From NCBI RefSeq assembly GCF_000142905.1, contig NW_013657633.1:107154-171153 (forward strand): a stretch of DNA of 64,000 nucleotides. The letters run 5' to 3'. This document shows positions 46,826-55,640 of the stretch, piece by piece. The DNA comes from Thecamonas trahens ATCC 50062 (lineage: Eukaryota > Protista > Apusomonadida). The first letter of the stretch is position 1; each line of letters opens with the position of its first letter. The notes below the pieces were generated by a model that was not told the origin of the DNA, made no database searches, and worked only from the letters and a program-made list of their open reading frames with translations. The position numbers and the translations under genes are program-made.

Positions 46826-47669
46826 CCCTTAGCGGTACGGTCGTTCGGACGCGTTGTCGCGCGTCTCAAAGTGAACAACTCGATGATGCTTGACTTCCCA
46901 GTCACCGGCCGACGCTGCGCGACGCTTGCTTGGCCTGCGGCTTGAGGTGGGAGGCGCGCCCGCACGTGATGGCGGCCGACACGTAGATGCCCGCCTGACG
47001 ATTTGCCGTCCCAGTGACGGGCGCCTGGAAGCATGGGCGATGCGCGCGAGGTGCCGAACGGCCCCGATCCGGAAAGCGGCGGGCGCGGACGGTGCGGAGC
47101 TTGTAGTTGACGACCCCGACGACTTGGAAGGAGAGCATGGCAGAGTTGAACACAGCGGCCGGGACAGGAGAGCGGAGGACGGTGTGGATCTTCTTGCGGC
47201 GGACGAGCTTGCCGGTCGGCGTGGCCGCGCAAGTGGTGGTGGCACGCCATCTTGTACTGGATTCTGGGCGCCGTGCTCATCAACGCGTACGCGCTCTACG
47301 CTGGCACGATCCCACACCCCGCCATAGCTCGCGTGGCTTTCCTTACGCCTCATCGACGCCCTCGCCGCCGGCGCCGACACCGTCAGCTACGCACCGTCGC
47401 GCAAGCGGGAGCGTCCCTCTGCACCGGCTGCTTGTCATCACCACATTCCCCAACAAGCCGCTCTGCGATGCGACTGCCTCGCCTGCCGGAAGCTTCATGG
47501 TAAGCGATCGCGGCCGCGGACCTTTTGTGCCGCGTGCGGCGTCCATCCTGCATCGCCGACTGTTTTCTGTTGTGGCAACCATGAACACATTGTACTACTC
47601 TTTTACAACAATCCATGGACGCTGCGACGTCTGTGGAGCGTCGCGGAGCGCGCGGCTTGCGCGATGGAC
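46826..47669 (+). mobile_element. Decayed piggyBac-type DNA transposon remnant
   Basis: Begins TTAA|CCCTT. Frameshifted transposase C-terminus RKWWWHAILYWILGAVLINAYALY...FL/LIDAL, then a Cys-rich domain CLAC...RTFCAACGVH/CIADCFLLWQ*. Second TTAA at 47670-47673. No clear right terminal inverted repeat (TIR). Confidence 0.75.
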
Positions 47670-48860
47670 TTAAACACCGATGTCGCCAAAATCGAGAACG
47701 TTTGCATCAGGCGCGGCTGCCGCCCGCTCGGCAGCCGCGGCCGCCTGATCGGCAACGGCCGCATCACGCCGCTTCAGCCGCTTCTGCTCCCGCTTCAGCC
47801 GCTTCTTGTCACGCTTGGTCATGCGCTTGGGCTTGACTGTCGGCTCGGCGGGACCATCGGCCGCATCGCACGCTGCGTCAGTCGCAGGCATTGACAATGC
47901 GGCAGCCACAGCGGGGGTCGAGGCGGAGGCGGAGGCCGCCGCCGCCGCCGCCGCCGCCGCATCAATCGTGGGTGGGCTCTGGTACTTGACGACACAGAGG
48001 TACTCGATGGCGGCGTCGACGTTGCCCATAAAGTCGTGCAGGGTGTCCCGGACAATACAGAGCGCGTCGGGACCTGACATGTCAGTCGCCTGCATGACGA
48101 CAAGCTCTTCGTCAGTGGGCGCGCCAGGATCGCGTGGCTTAGCAGCCGGGACCTTGGGCGCGCCCGAGACGAGGCCGGCGGCAGGAATGGGATCAAAGGG
48201 ACCGGTGAGCGGGCCAGCAAGCGGACGGACCGAAGCGTAGTGCTGCTGGTCATGGTAGGAGAGGTGCAGGGTACGAGTGTCTTCCGGAAAGTTGATGATG
48301 GACCAACGCGGCTCGTTGAGGCGGTGGATGATGATGTTGACCGAGTAAACCATGGAGAGGGCTTGGATCTCGATCTGGCCACCCCAAGAACGCGACTCAC
48401 GCATGTAGGCGACATAGTCATCAAAGGGCTCGTCATCCTCGACAAACCATTGGTACAGATCCTTGTTTGCGGCGACATGGTCCATGACGGCAGCACGGAT
48501 CTCTGCGTGGCTCGTCACCTCGCCATACAGCTGATCTGCAGCAGCGCGGAAGAGACAGTTTCCATCCGAGGCCACATCCTTGATGATGAGCGCTAGGCTC
48601 TCCATTTGCTTCTGAAACTTGACAAAGTTGGCCGAGTACACATTCTCATCACGCGCCCACTTTGCCCGATCACGGGCCTTCCGGGCGGCATTGCGAGCCT
48701 TACGCTCGGCTGCCTTGACCTGACGGCGATTGGCCACCACGTCCTCCCCAGCCTCCTCCTTTCCCTTGCCACTCTTGCCTCCCTTGCCACTCTTGCCTCC
48801 CTTGTTCCCCTTGGCTCCCTTGTTCCCCTTGGCTCCCTTGTTCCCCTTGCGTCGCCCCAT
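47670..48860 (-). CDS. OTUD3: OTU-domain deubiquitinase, OTUD3-like
   Basis: DVASDGNCLFRAAADQLYG...FVEDDEPFDDYV...WGGQIEIQA...IIIHRLNEPRW...LHLSYHDQQHYASVR; CUE/UBA-like segment GNVDAAIEYL; N-terminal KGNKGA repeats. Confidence 0.85.
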   Translation of the reverse strand: MGRRKGNKGAKGNKGAKGNKGGKSGKGGKSGKGKEEAGEDVVANRRQVKAAERKARNAARKARDRAKWARDENVYSANFVKFQKQMESLALIIKDVASDGNCLFRAAADQLYGEVTSHAEIRAAVMDHVAANKDLYQWFVEDDEPFDDYVAYMRESRSWGGQIEIQALSMVYSVNIIIHRLNEPRWSIINFPEDTRTLHLSYHDQQHYASVRPLAGPLTGPFDPIPAAGLVSGAPKVPAAKPRDPGAPTDEELVVMQATDMSGPDALCIVRDTLHDFMGNVDAAIEYLCVVKYQSPPTIDAAAAAAAAASASASTPAVAAALSMPATDAACDAADGPAEPTVKPKRMTKRDKKRLKREQKRLKRRDAAVADQAAAAAERAAAAPDANVLDFGDIGV

Positions 48861-49337
48861 ATCGGCCTGCTGTCGCAGAGAGTGGTGTGCCACCGGGTGG
48901 AGTGGAATGGAAGGAATGCCAGGGGGGGGGGGGGGGGGGGGGGGGGGGGGATGGGGATTGGGGAGGGGATAGGGGGAGGGATAGGGATAGGGGGGATGGG
49001 GATGGGGGGATGAGGATGGGGATGGAGGGGCATGGAGGGGGATCGGGATCGGGATCGGGATGGGGGAAGGGAGGATGGGGATGATCAAACCATACCCCCT
49101 CCCCTCCCCTCTCCACACCTTCCCCCATGCCCATCTCATCCATTCCTAACCGATGCGCCATCATCCACGCCTGACCAATGCGCCCAACCAACGAACCACC
49201 GCCACCGCCAGAGACCCCCCCACACTGCCACAGCCACACTGCCACAGCCACCTCACCCCACCCACCCCCACCCTACCCCTACCCCCACCCCCACCCTACC
49301 CCTACCCCCACACACCTACACATACACACATACACAT
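48861..49337. promoter_or_regulatory. Probable bidirectional promoter (OTUD3-like / RasGEF) with an abrupt G-rich to C-rich switch at ~49085
   Basis: 477 bp between divergent ATGs; left half G-runs, right half C-runs and CA. Confidence 0.6.
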
Positions 49338-51038
49338 ATGGCTGCACTTCCGTCTCACATGCGCAGAAGACCAGAAGAGCCACAGGCAGAGCAGGCAGCA
49401 GAGGCCAAGTCGTTGCCTGTGGCGGGTGGTTGGGCAGGCGCTGGCGGTGGCGATGGGGGGGAGAGGGGAGAAGCCAAGGCGGCGAGACTGAGGACATCGA
49501 TGGCAGAGCAGAGGCGGAGAAAGGCGAGCAAGCAACAGCGGAAGACTCCTCCGCCGGCAGGTGGGGCTGGGCTGGCCACTGGTCGGAACTCGGGGAGACG
49601 CGGATCGGTGGTCCAGCAGAGGCTGCGGACACTGTCGTCGGGCAAGGGCGATGGGAGTGTGGCAAGAGTCCAGAGGCTGGGTTCGGTCTTTCGTCATGAG
49701 TCGTCGCTCAAGTCAGCACGTGGCGGGAATCCGTCGGTTGTCTTTGACTCGGTCGAGGGCAAGCGACTCATCGGCGCGTCGACCCGCGGCAGGCTCCTCG
49801 ACGTGTTGCTTGATCTGGAGCTGGATCCAGAGTTTGCTGACAAGGACTTTGTGGAGACCTTTGTACTCACGTATGAGTACTTTATGACGCCAACCGAGCT
49901 GCTCGAGACGCTCATCGAGTTCTACTTTCCCGACATTCCCGACTCGCTCGATCCCATGGCGCGCAAGCTCTTTCTCCGTGGCGTCCGAGTCACCCGCGAG
50001 CGCATTGTGGCGGTGATGGAGACGTGGGTCGAGCAGGACGTGGAGGACTTTTGGTACACGCCGGGCCTGTACCACACGCTGATGGCTTTTGTAGATGATG
50101 CAGCGGCCGATACGACCGAGCCGCACATGCTCGACGCACTGTTCCGGGTCTCGCGCGCCGTCGTCGCCGCAGAGGCCTCTTCTGGACTCAAGGACGCGCC
50201 ACTCGACGACGTGCGAAGCGCGGTGAGCGGCTTGCCGCGCGAGGTTCGCGATCCGGCAAGCTTCAACGTGCTCAAGATCTCGCCTGAGGTTCTCGCGCAG
50301 CAGATCACGCTCGTCGACCACGCGTACTACCGGTCAGTCAAGCCGACCGAGTGCCTCTGGCTCGGCCCAGACATGGCAGTCCGCGAGCTGTATGGGCCAT
50401 CTCCCAATCTGGCGGCGTGGATGGACCGCTCGTTTGCGTGGGCCGACTGGGTCTGGGCATCGATCCTCAACGGGAGCAGCAACTCGGAGCGGGCCAAGCT
50501 CATCGAGCACTTTGCCGCCGTTGCCGACGCCTGCCTCCTCCTCCGCAACTTCAACACGAGCTGCTGGATCATTTCAGGCCTCCACGACAACACCGTGGCT
50601 GACAACCGGCTCCGCACTGTGTGGGCCAAGGTCAAGCCGAGCGTCAAGGCGCGTGTCGAGCAGCTCAAGGCCGACTTTTTGCAAAACGGCTTTGTACACT
50701 ACAAGAAGGAGATGGAAGCCGACGCGGAGCTGCCGATGGTTGCCCTCATGGCGGCGTACAAAAAGTGGTTCGTCACCATCGACATGTCCAACAAGGACAC
50801 CACCGCCGACGGCCTCATCAACTTTCTCAAGCTCCGTGACATTGGAACTACCATCCGCCGGTTCGAGGCCAACCAGGCCGAGACATATCTCTTCGAGCCC
50901 GTTCCTCACGTCCTCTACCACCTGGTCAACATCGATCGCTTTACTATGTCGCTCGAAGACGGGTGGAACAAGTCGCTGGAGATCGAGGCGTGGAAAGGTA
51001 AGCGAGCCCCGCCGCCACCGCCGTCTCGGGAGGGATGA
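49338..51038 (+). CDS. Ras guanine-nucleotide exchange factor (REM plus CDC25 domains)
   Basis: FVETFVLTYEYFMTPTELLETLIEFY; SPEVLAQQITLVD; RAKLIEHFAAVADACLLLRNFNT; GLINFLKLR. Confidence 0.92.
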   Translation: MAALPSHMRRRPEEPQAEQAAEAKSLPVAGGWAGAGGGDGGERGEAKAARLRTSMAEQRRRKASKQQRKTPPPAGGAGLATGRNSGRRGSVVQQRLRTLSSGKGDGSVARVQRLGSVFRHESSLKSARGGNPSVVFDSVEGKRLIGASTRGRLLDVLLDLELDPEFADKDFVETFVLTYEYFMTPTELLETLIEFYFPDIPDSLDPMARKLFLRGVRVTRERIVAVMETWVEQDVEDFWYTPGLYHTLMAFVDDAAADTTEPHMLDALFRVSRAVVAAEASSGLKDAPLDDVRSAVSGLPREVRDPASFNVLKISPEVLAQQITLVDHAYYRSVKPTECLWLGPDMAVRELYGPSPNLAAWMDRSFAWADWVWASILNGSSNSERAKLIEHFAAVADACLLLRNFNTSCWIISGLHDNTVADNRLRTVWAKVKPSVKARVEQLKADFLQNGFVHYKKEMEADAELPMVALMAAYKKWFVTIDMSNKDTTADGLINFLKLRDIGTTIRRFEANQAETYLFEPVPHVLYHLVNIDRFTMSLEDGWNKSLEIEAWKGKRAPPPPPSREG

Positions 51039-51051
51039 TCGAGAGGTCGTT

Positions 51052-52779
51052 TTACTCGAGATCGAGCAGGGCGTACGGGTTCGAGGCCACAAAGGCGTCG
51101 GACGACGATGACGACGACGAGTCAGAGTCTTCATCGCTGTAAGCGCCGCCGTCCGCGTCTGCAACGGGCGGAGCAATGGTGGTGTGCAAAAGACGGCGGA
51201 GGGCGGGCGCAACGCGCTTGGACGACGAGCGGGAGCCCGAGAGGTTGTGCGACCACGGACCGAGCTCGAGCGCAGCGTAGCCGCCACACACAAACACGTT
51301 TGTATCTCTGCCCCACTGGAGCTCCGGCGAGAGGACAGGGAAGCCGCGCTCGATCGGCAGGTCGAGGGCCGGTGAGGCCAGGAGCGAGGCGAGGAACGGC
51401 TCGGCACCGATGTCCTCGTCGGCGCCGGTGGCGAGGATGACCGAGTGGATGTCATCAAAGACCGGGCCAGACTCGCCGTAGCTCGGCTCACGGTCGGCCT
51501 TGCTCGGCTCCAGAGTGCCGGCAAAGGCGTCGGCGTCGGCGTCGTAAGCCAGCGACGCCACAGTGGCGTTCTCTACCAGCGTCAGGCGCTCCTCGGCGGT
51601 GGCAGCCTTGAGTGCGGCGACATAGCGTGGCGGGATGGAGCCGCCCGCACGGACGCTGTGAATCTCGTCGAGCCGCTCGTCGGGGCTGAGCGTGAGCAGC
51701 GCAGCCATGTTGGCGGCCTTAAAGGTGCCAACCCAGTCGATGGGCACGTCAAACTGGCGAGTGAGAATGAACGAGCGAGTGACAAGCGTGACGTGCTTGA
51801 CGCCCGACGCCAGTGCGAGGTTAGCGATGTGAGCGCCAGTCAGCCCGCCGCCGACAATCAACACGTTGCTCGCTCGCTCAAAGACCAGCCGCCGCCCGCC
51901 TGCCCGCAACGGAGCCTGGCTCCCGGATCCATCGTCCGGGAGAGCGTCAAAGTGGACCTCGTAAGCGTGCTGGATCCGGCCGGCCGGGTACGCGCCCGGC
52001 TGTAGGCTCGCCACAAACTCGGGAATGGACAGGTGATTGGTGAGGCCGATAGCGAGGACGAGCGCGGTGGTGATGATGGTCTTGACCTCGTCGCAGTCGC
52101 CGCCAGCCGGCGCCATGTCGACGGCGTACTTGACGACGGCACCGGTGGCATCGTCCACAATGGGGCGGACGTCGACAACGGTGGCGTGGCGGACCAAATC
52201 GCCGATGCCGTACGAGTCGACGACCGAGGAGCAGAAGGAGGAGAAGAGGCGCGACGATGGGAGGAGGAAGTTCTGGCGATGGACCTCGTTGTTCCACTGC
52301 TGGGTCTGACCCCGGCGTGACTTGACCTTGTACGCCCGCTTGTTGTCAAAAAACGAGTCGATGGGTGTGAGCTCGGCATCGCGGCCGCAACTCTTGGCGT
52401 ACGTCCGCAGGGCGAGGCCATCGCGAGGATCAGGATGATGAAAGACAGGCGAGCGAAGCATGGGAATGCGGAAGGCCTCAAAGTACCTGTTCCACCTCGT
52501 CATCCACTTGTCATCGGAGGCATCGATGACGGCCACATGCGGCAAAAGGCTCTCCACCGGCGGCACGTCGTCCTTTCGCTTCTGTCCGGGCCTCTGCTTG
52601 CCCGTCTTCCTCACCGCCGTCAGCAGCGTGTTGTGGTCCCGCTCGGTGAGGTGGTCCGGGTACGGCTCGATGATTCTTGCCACCACAGAGAGCGCTGTGG
52701 GTCCACCGCCCACCACAACCACCGCAACCTCTTCGCACTCATCACCGCCACATCCTCTACTCTGTTCGTCAGCAGACAT
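51052..52779 (-). CDS. FAD/NAD(P)-dependent oxidoreductase (class B flavin monooxygenase-like)
   Basis: Two Rossmann motifs VVVVGGGPTAL and VLIVGGGLTGA; LRSPVFHHPDP; VILATG; FVCGGYAALELGP. Confidence 0.85.
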   Translation of the reverse strand: MSADEQSRGCGGDECEEVAVVVVGGGPTALSVVARIIEPYPDHLTERDHNTLLTAVRKTGKQRPGQKRKDDVPPVESLLPHVAVIDASDDKWMTRWNRYFEAFRIPMLRSPVFHHPDPRDGLALRTYAKSCGRDAELTPIDSFFDNKRAYKVKSRRGQTQQWNNEVHRQNFLLPSSRLFSSFCSSVVDSYGIGDLVRHATVVDVRPIVDDATGAVVKYAVDMAPAGGDCDEVKTIITTALVLAIGLTNHLSIPEFVASLQPGAYPAGRIQHAYEVHFDALPDDGSGSQAPLRAGGRRLVFERASNVLIVGGGLTGAHIANLALASGVKHVTLVTRSFILTRQFDVPIDWVGTFKAANMAALLTLSPDERLDEIHSVRAGGSIPPRYVAALKAATAEERLTLVENATVASLAYDADADAFAGTLEPSKADREPSYGESGPVFDDIHSVILATGADEDIGAEPFLASLLASPALDLPIERGFPVLSPELQWGRDTNVFVCGGYAALELGPWSHNLSGSRSSSKRVAPALRRLLHTTIAPPVADADGGAYSDEDSDSSSSSSSDAFVASNPYALLDLE

Positions 52780-52924
52780 GATCCGTCGAGGTGGGTGTGG
52801 GATGCCGATGGATGCAGGCCGGAGAGGGAAAGTTGGATGGATTGGCTTTGGATCGACTTGGCAGGCGACACACCGGGATCGGGGGAGTGGAGGGGATCAG
52901 GGGAAGTCGAGGGGAGGGGAGGGG

Positions 52925-52975
52925 GTCGAGGGATCGAGGGATCGAGGGATCAAGGGATCAAGGGATCGAGGGGTC
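52925..52975 (+). repeat. 8-bp tandem repeat (GGGATCGA/GGGATCAA)n
   Basis: gtcgagggatcgagggatcgagggatcaagggatcaagggatcgag read directly. Confidence 0.85.
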
Positions 52976-53712
52976 GGGAGGGAGGTGAGCGAGGGAGAGA
53001 GGGGGATGGAGATGGATGTGATCGAGGTGGGGGAGGAGGAAGGAAAGGGTTTTGATTTGGAGGAGTATGTGGCGGAGATGTGGCGGAGCAGGGGGCAGGG
53101 GAGGAGCTGGTGATGATGGGGGGAAGGGAGGCGATTGGGGGCGAGGAGACACCGATCAAGACCTTGATCAAACTCATTGTCACCTAAAGTCAAGTATGTC
53201 CATGTCCACCATCGCGGAAGTGAGGGACCCCACCCCCGCCCTCTCCCCCCTGCCCACNNNNNNNNNNNNNNNNNNNNNNNNNNNNNNNNNNNNNNNNNNN
53301 NNNNNNNNNNNNNNNNNNNNNNNNNNNNNNNNNNNNNNNNNNNNNNNNNNNNNNNNNNNNNNNNNNNNNNNNNNNNNNNNNNNNNNNNNNNNNNNNNNNN
53401 NNNNNNNNNNNNNNNNNNNNNNNNNNNNNNNNNNNNNNNNNNNNNNNNNNNNNNNNNNNNNNNNNNNNNNNNNNNNNNNNNNNNNNNNNNNNNNNNNNNN
53501 NNNNNNNNNNNNNNNNNNNNNNNNNNNNNNNNNNNNNNNNNNNNNNNNNNNNNNNNNNNNNNNNNNNNNCCAACCCCCCAAACCATTCCATTCGATTCGA
53601 ATCATATGCCAGTCGCCAAGCCAGTCACCCTCCCCTCCCCTCCCCTCCACCCCCCCTCCCCCCGGAAAAACCCTCCCCCCTCCTGCCCACCTCACCCTCT
53701 CCAACAGCTGGC

Positions 53713-55578
53713 ATGCCACGTCGCGGAGGTAAACGGAGCAAGCTCAAGGTGATCAATCCCAAGAAGCGGACCAAGGCGAGCGTGCTGGACAATGACGAGC
53801 TCTCGACGACTCCGCTAAGCGACTGGCTGCCGTCGGCTCTGGCAGACTTGCTGGGCTTTGATCCTGGGCCAGAGCTCCCTGGCTACCTGGCCGAGTTTAG
53901 CGACAAAGAGGCCATTGCTGCTTATCTGGCTGCTCTTATTGACGTCTCACCCTCCGATCCGCGCATCGATGCCTTTGCAAACAGCCTCATGGCCCGTATC
54001 ACCATCAAGTCCGCTGCATCGTCGTCGGCTGACCATGCGCCCGCGGGTGGCAACCCGGCGCAGAGTGGCGGGGTGGCTGCGGGTGGCGAGATGGCTGCGA
54101 GTGGCGAGATGGCTGCACGTACCGACGCAGCTGCACGTACCGACAAGCCGCAAGCGGCGACAACGCTGAGTCTTGACTCAAAGAACGCAGCATCGTCGCA
54201 GTACAGCAGGAAGAAGGGCTCAGTCCGTGGTGGGCTCGAGCTGCTGCGGCAGCTGCCAGCGCATTTGCGGACGGCGTCGGGCGCGTGCGGATGCCAGGCC
54301 CGGGTCCACGGACTTCTTGCCAACTGTCTCAAGTGCGGCAAGATCGTATGCGAGGCCGAGGGCTGGGGCCCGTGCGCACACTGCGGCGAGGCCGTCGGCT
54401 CGCGCGGGCAGATCAAGCGCGACTCGAACAAGGTGCGTCGAAGGGTGGCCCGGGCTGAGGCTGAGCGCGCCGAAGCGCTCAAGGCTGCTCAGGCCCGGAC
54501 GGCCAAGCTGCTCCAGCAAGAGCGCGAGTACGCGGTCCGCAACAAGATCATCGACGACCAGGCCGACTACTTCCAAACCTCCAACGTGTGGCTCTCGCCG
54601 GCTGAGCGCGCCGCAGTGACCAAGCGTGCTGCGGCGGTCGAGGATGCCAAGATTGAGGCCCGCGACCGGACCAAGATGCGGACCACCATCACCTTTGACC
54701 TCGCTGGGCGCAGGGTCCTGGTCACCAACCCGGGCGCGTCGGCGCGGGTCCCGGCAGCCGAGAGTGAGATCCACGACCCGCGCGCGCTGCGGCCGGTTGA
54801 GGAGACTGCGCCGCACGGCAACGTTGAGCTCCTCTCGTACGCTGGTACATACCGCAACCCAACACTCTCCAGGCCACCACCCATGTTTGTGGCTCCCGAC
54901 TACCGCGACAAGCTCAAGGCCGCCGCACGCGACGCCGTCGCTGAACAGCAACGCGCTCGGCGACATGGCGTCCTGCAGCACGACGACTACTTTCCCATTC
55001 CCATGGTGGCCGGCAACCCGAACCTGCTCCCGCCGCCGGTCGAGCCCGAAGAGGCGGCCAAGGCTGCCGCCATCGCCGCCGCCAACTCGCCATTTGCGCG
55101 CACCAAGGCCGAAAAGGACCGCGGCATGGCGCTCTCGATGCACCAGCCGTGGGCCTCGCTCCTTGTCGCCGGCATCAAGCGGGTGGAGGGCCGGACGTGG
55201 CGCTCAGACTTTCGCGGGCGGCTCTGGATCGCCTCAACTGTCCGCGAGCCGACCGACGAAGACATCGCCGAGGTCGAGGGCCAGTACGTCGGTTCGACCG
55301 ACATTCCGTTTCCGGCCTCGTACCCGACCGCAGCCCTCCTCGGTTGCGTCACCGTCACCGACGTTCTCTCCCACGACGAGTACGTGGCGTCGGCGTCCGA
55401 CGAGGTGCGCGAAGACAACTCGTCGCCGTATGTCTTTGTGTGCGCCAACCCGCGCCTCCTCACCGTCCCAATCGCCATCTCGGGCGACCACAAGATCTGG
55501 AAGCTCGACGCGCACTCACACGCCGCCGCCCTGGCCAATCTTGAAGACGACGACGGCGACGGCGGGAGTGACGACTGA
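53713..55578 (+). CDS. TRIP4: Activating signal cointegrator 1 (C2HC5 zinc finger plus ASCH domain)
   Basis: CGCQARVHGLLANCLKCGKIVCEAEGWGPCAHCG; IIDDQADYF; ITFDLAGRRV; ASCH domain DRGMALSMHQPWASLLVAGIKRVEGRTWRSDFRGRLWIAS...GDHKIWKL. Confidence 0.95.
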   Translation: MPRRGGKRSKLKVINPKKRTKASVLDNDELSTTPLSDWLPSALADLLGFDPGPELPGYLAEFSDKEAIAAYLAALIDVSPSDPRIDAFANSLMARITIKSAASSSADHAPAGGNPAQSGGVAAGGEMAASGEMAARTDAAARTDKPQAATTLSLDSKNAASSQYSRKKGSVRGGLELLRQLPAHLRTASGACGCQARVHGLLANCLKCGKIVCEAEGWGPCAHCGEAVGSRGQIKRDSNKVRRRVARAEAERAEALKAAQARTAKLLQQEREYAVRNKIIDDQADYFQTSNVWLSPAERAAVTKRAAAVEDAKIEARDRTKMRTTITFDLAGRRVLVTNPGASARVPAAESEIHDPRALRPVEETAPHGNVELLSYAGTYRNPTLSRPPPMFVAPDYRDKLKAAARDAVAEQQRARRHGVLQHDDYFPIPMVAGNPNLLPPPVEPEEAAKAAAIAAANSPFARTKAEKDRGMALSMHQPWASLLVAGIKRVEGRTWRSDFRGRLWIASTVREPTDEDIAEVEGQYVGSTDIPFPASYPTAALLGCVTVTDVLSHDEYVASASDEVREDNSSPYVFVCANPRLLTVPIAISGDHKIWKLDAHSHAAALANLEDDDGDGGSDD

Positions 55579-55640
55579 GCTACTGGGCAATGCGATGCAT
55601 AAAGGTACATTTAGAGCATGGATGGGCAAGGTTCGGAACA

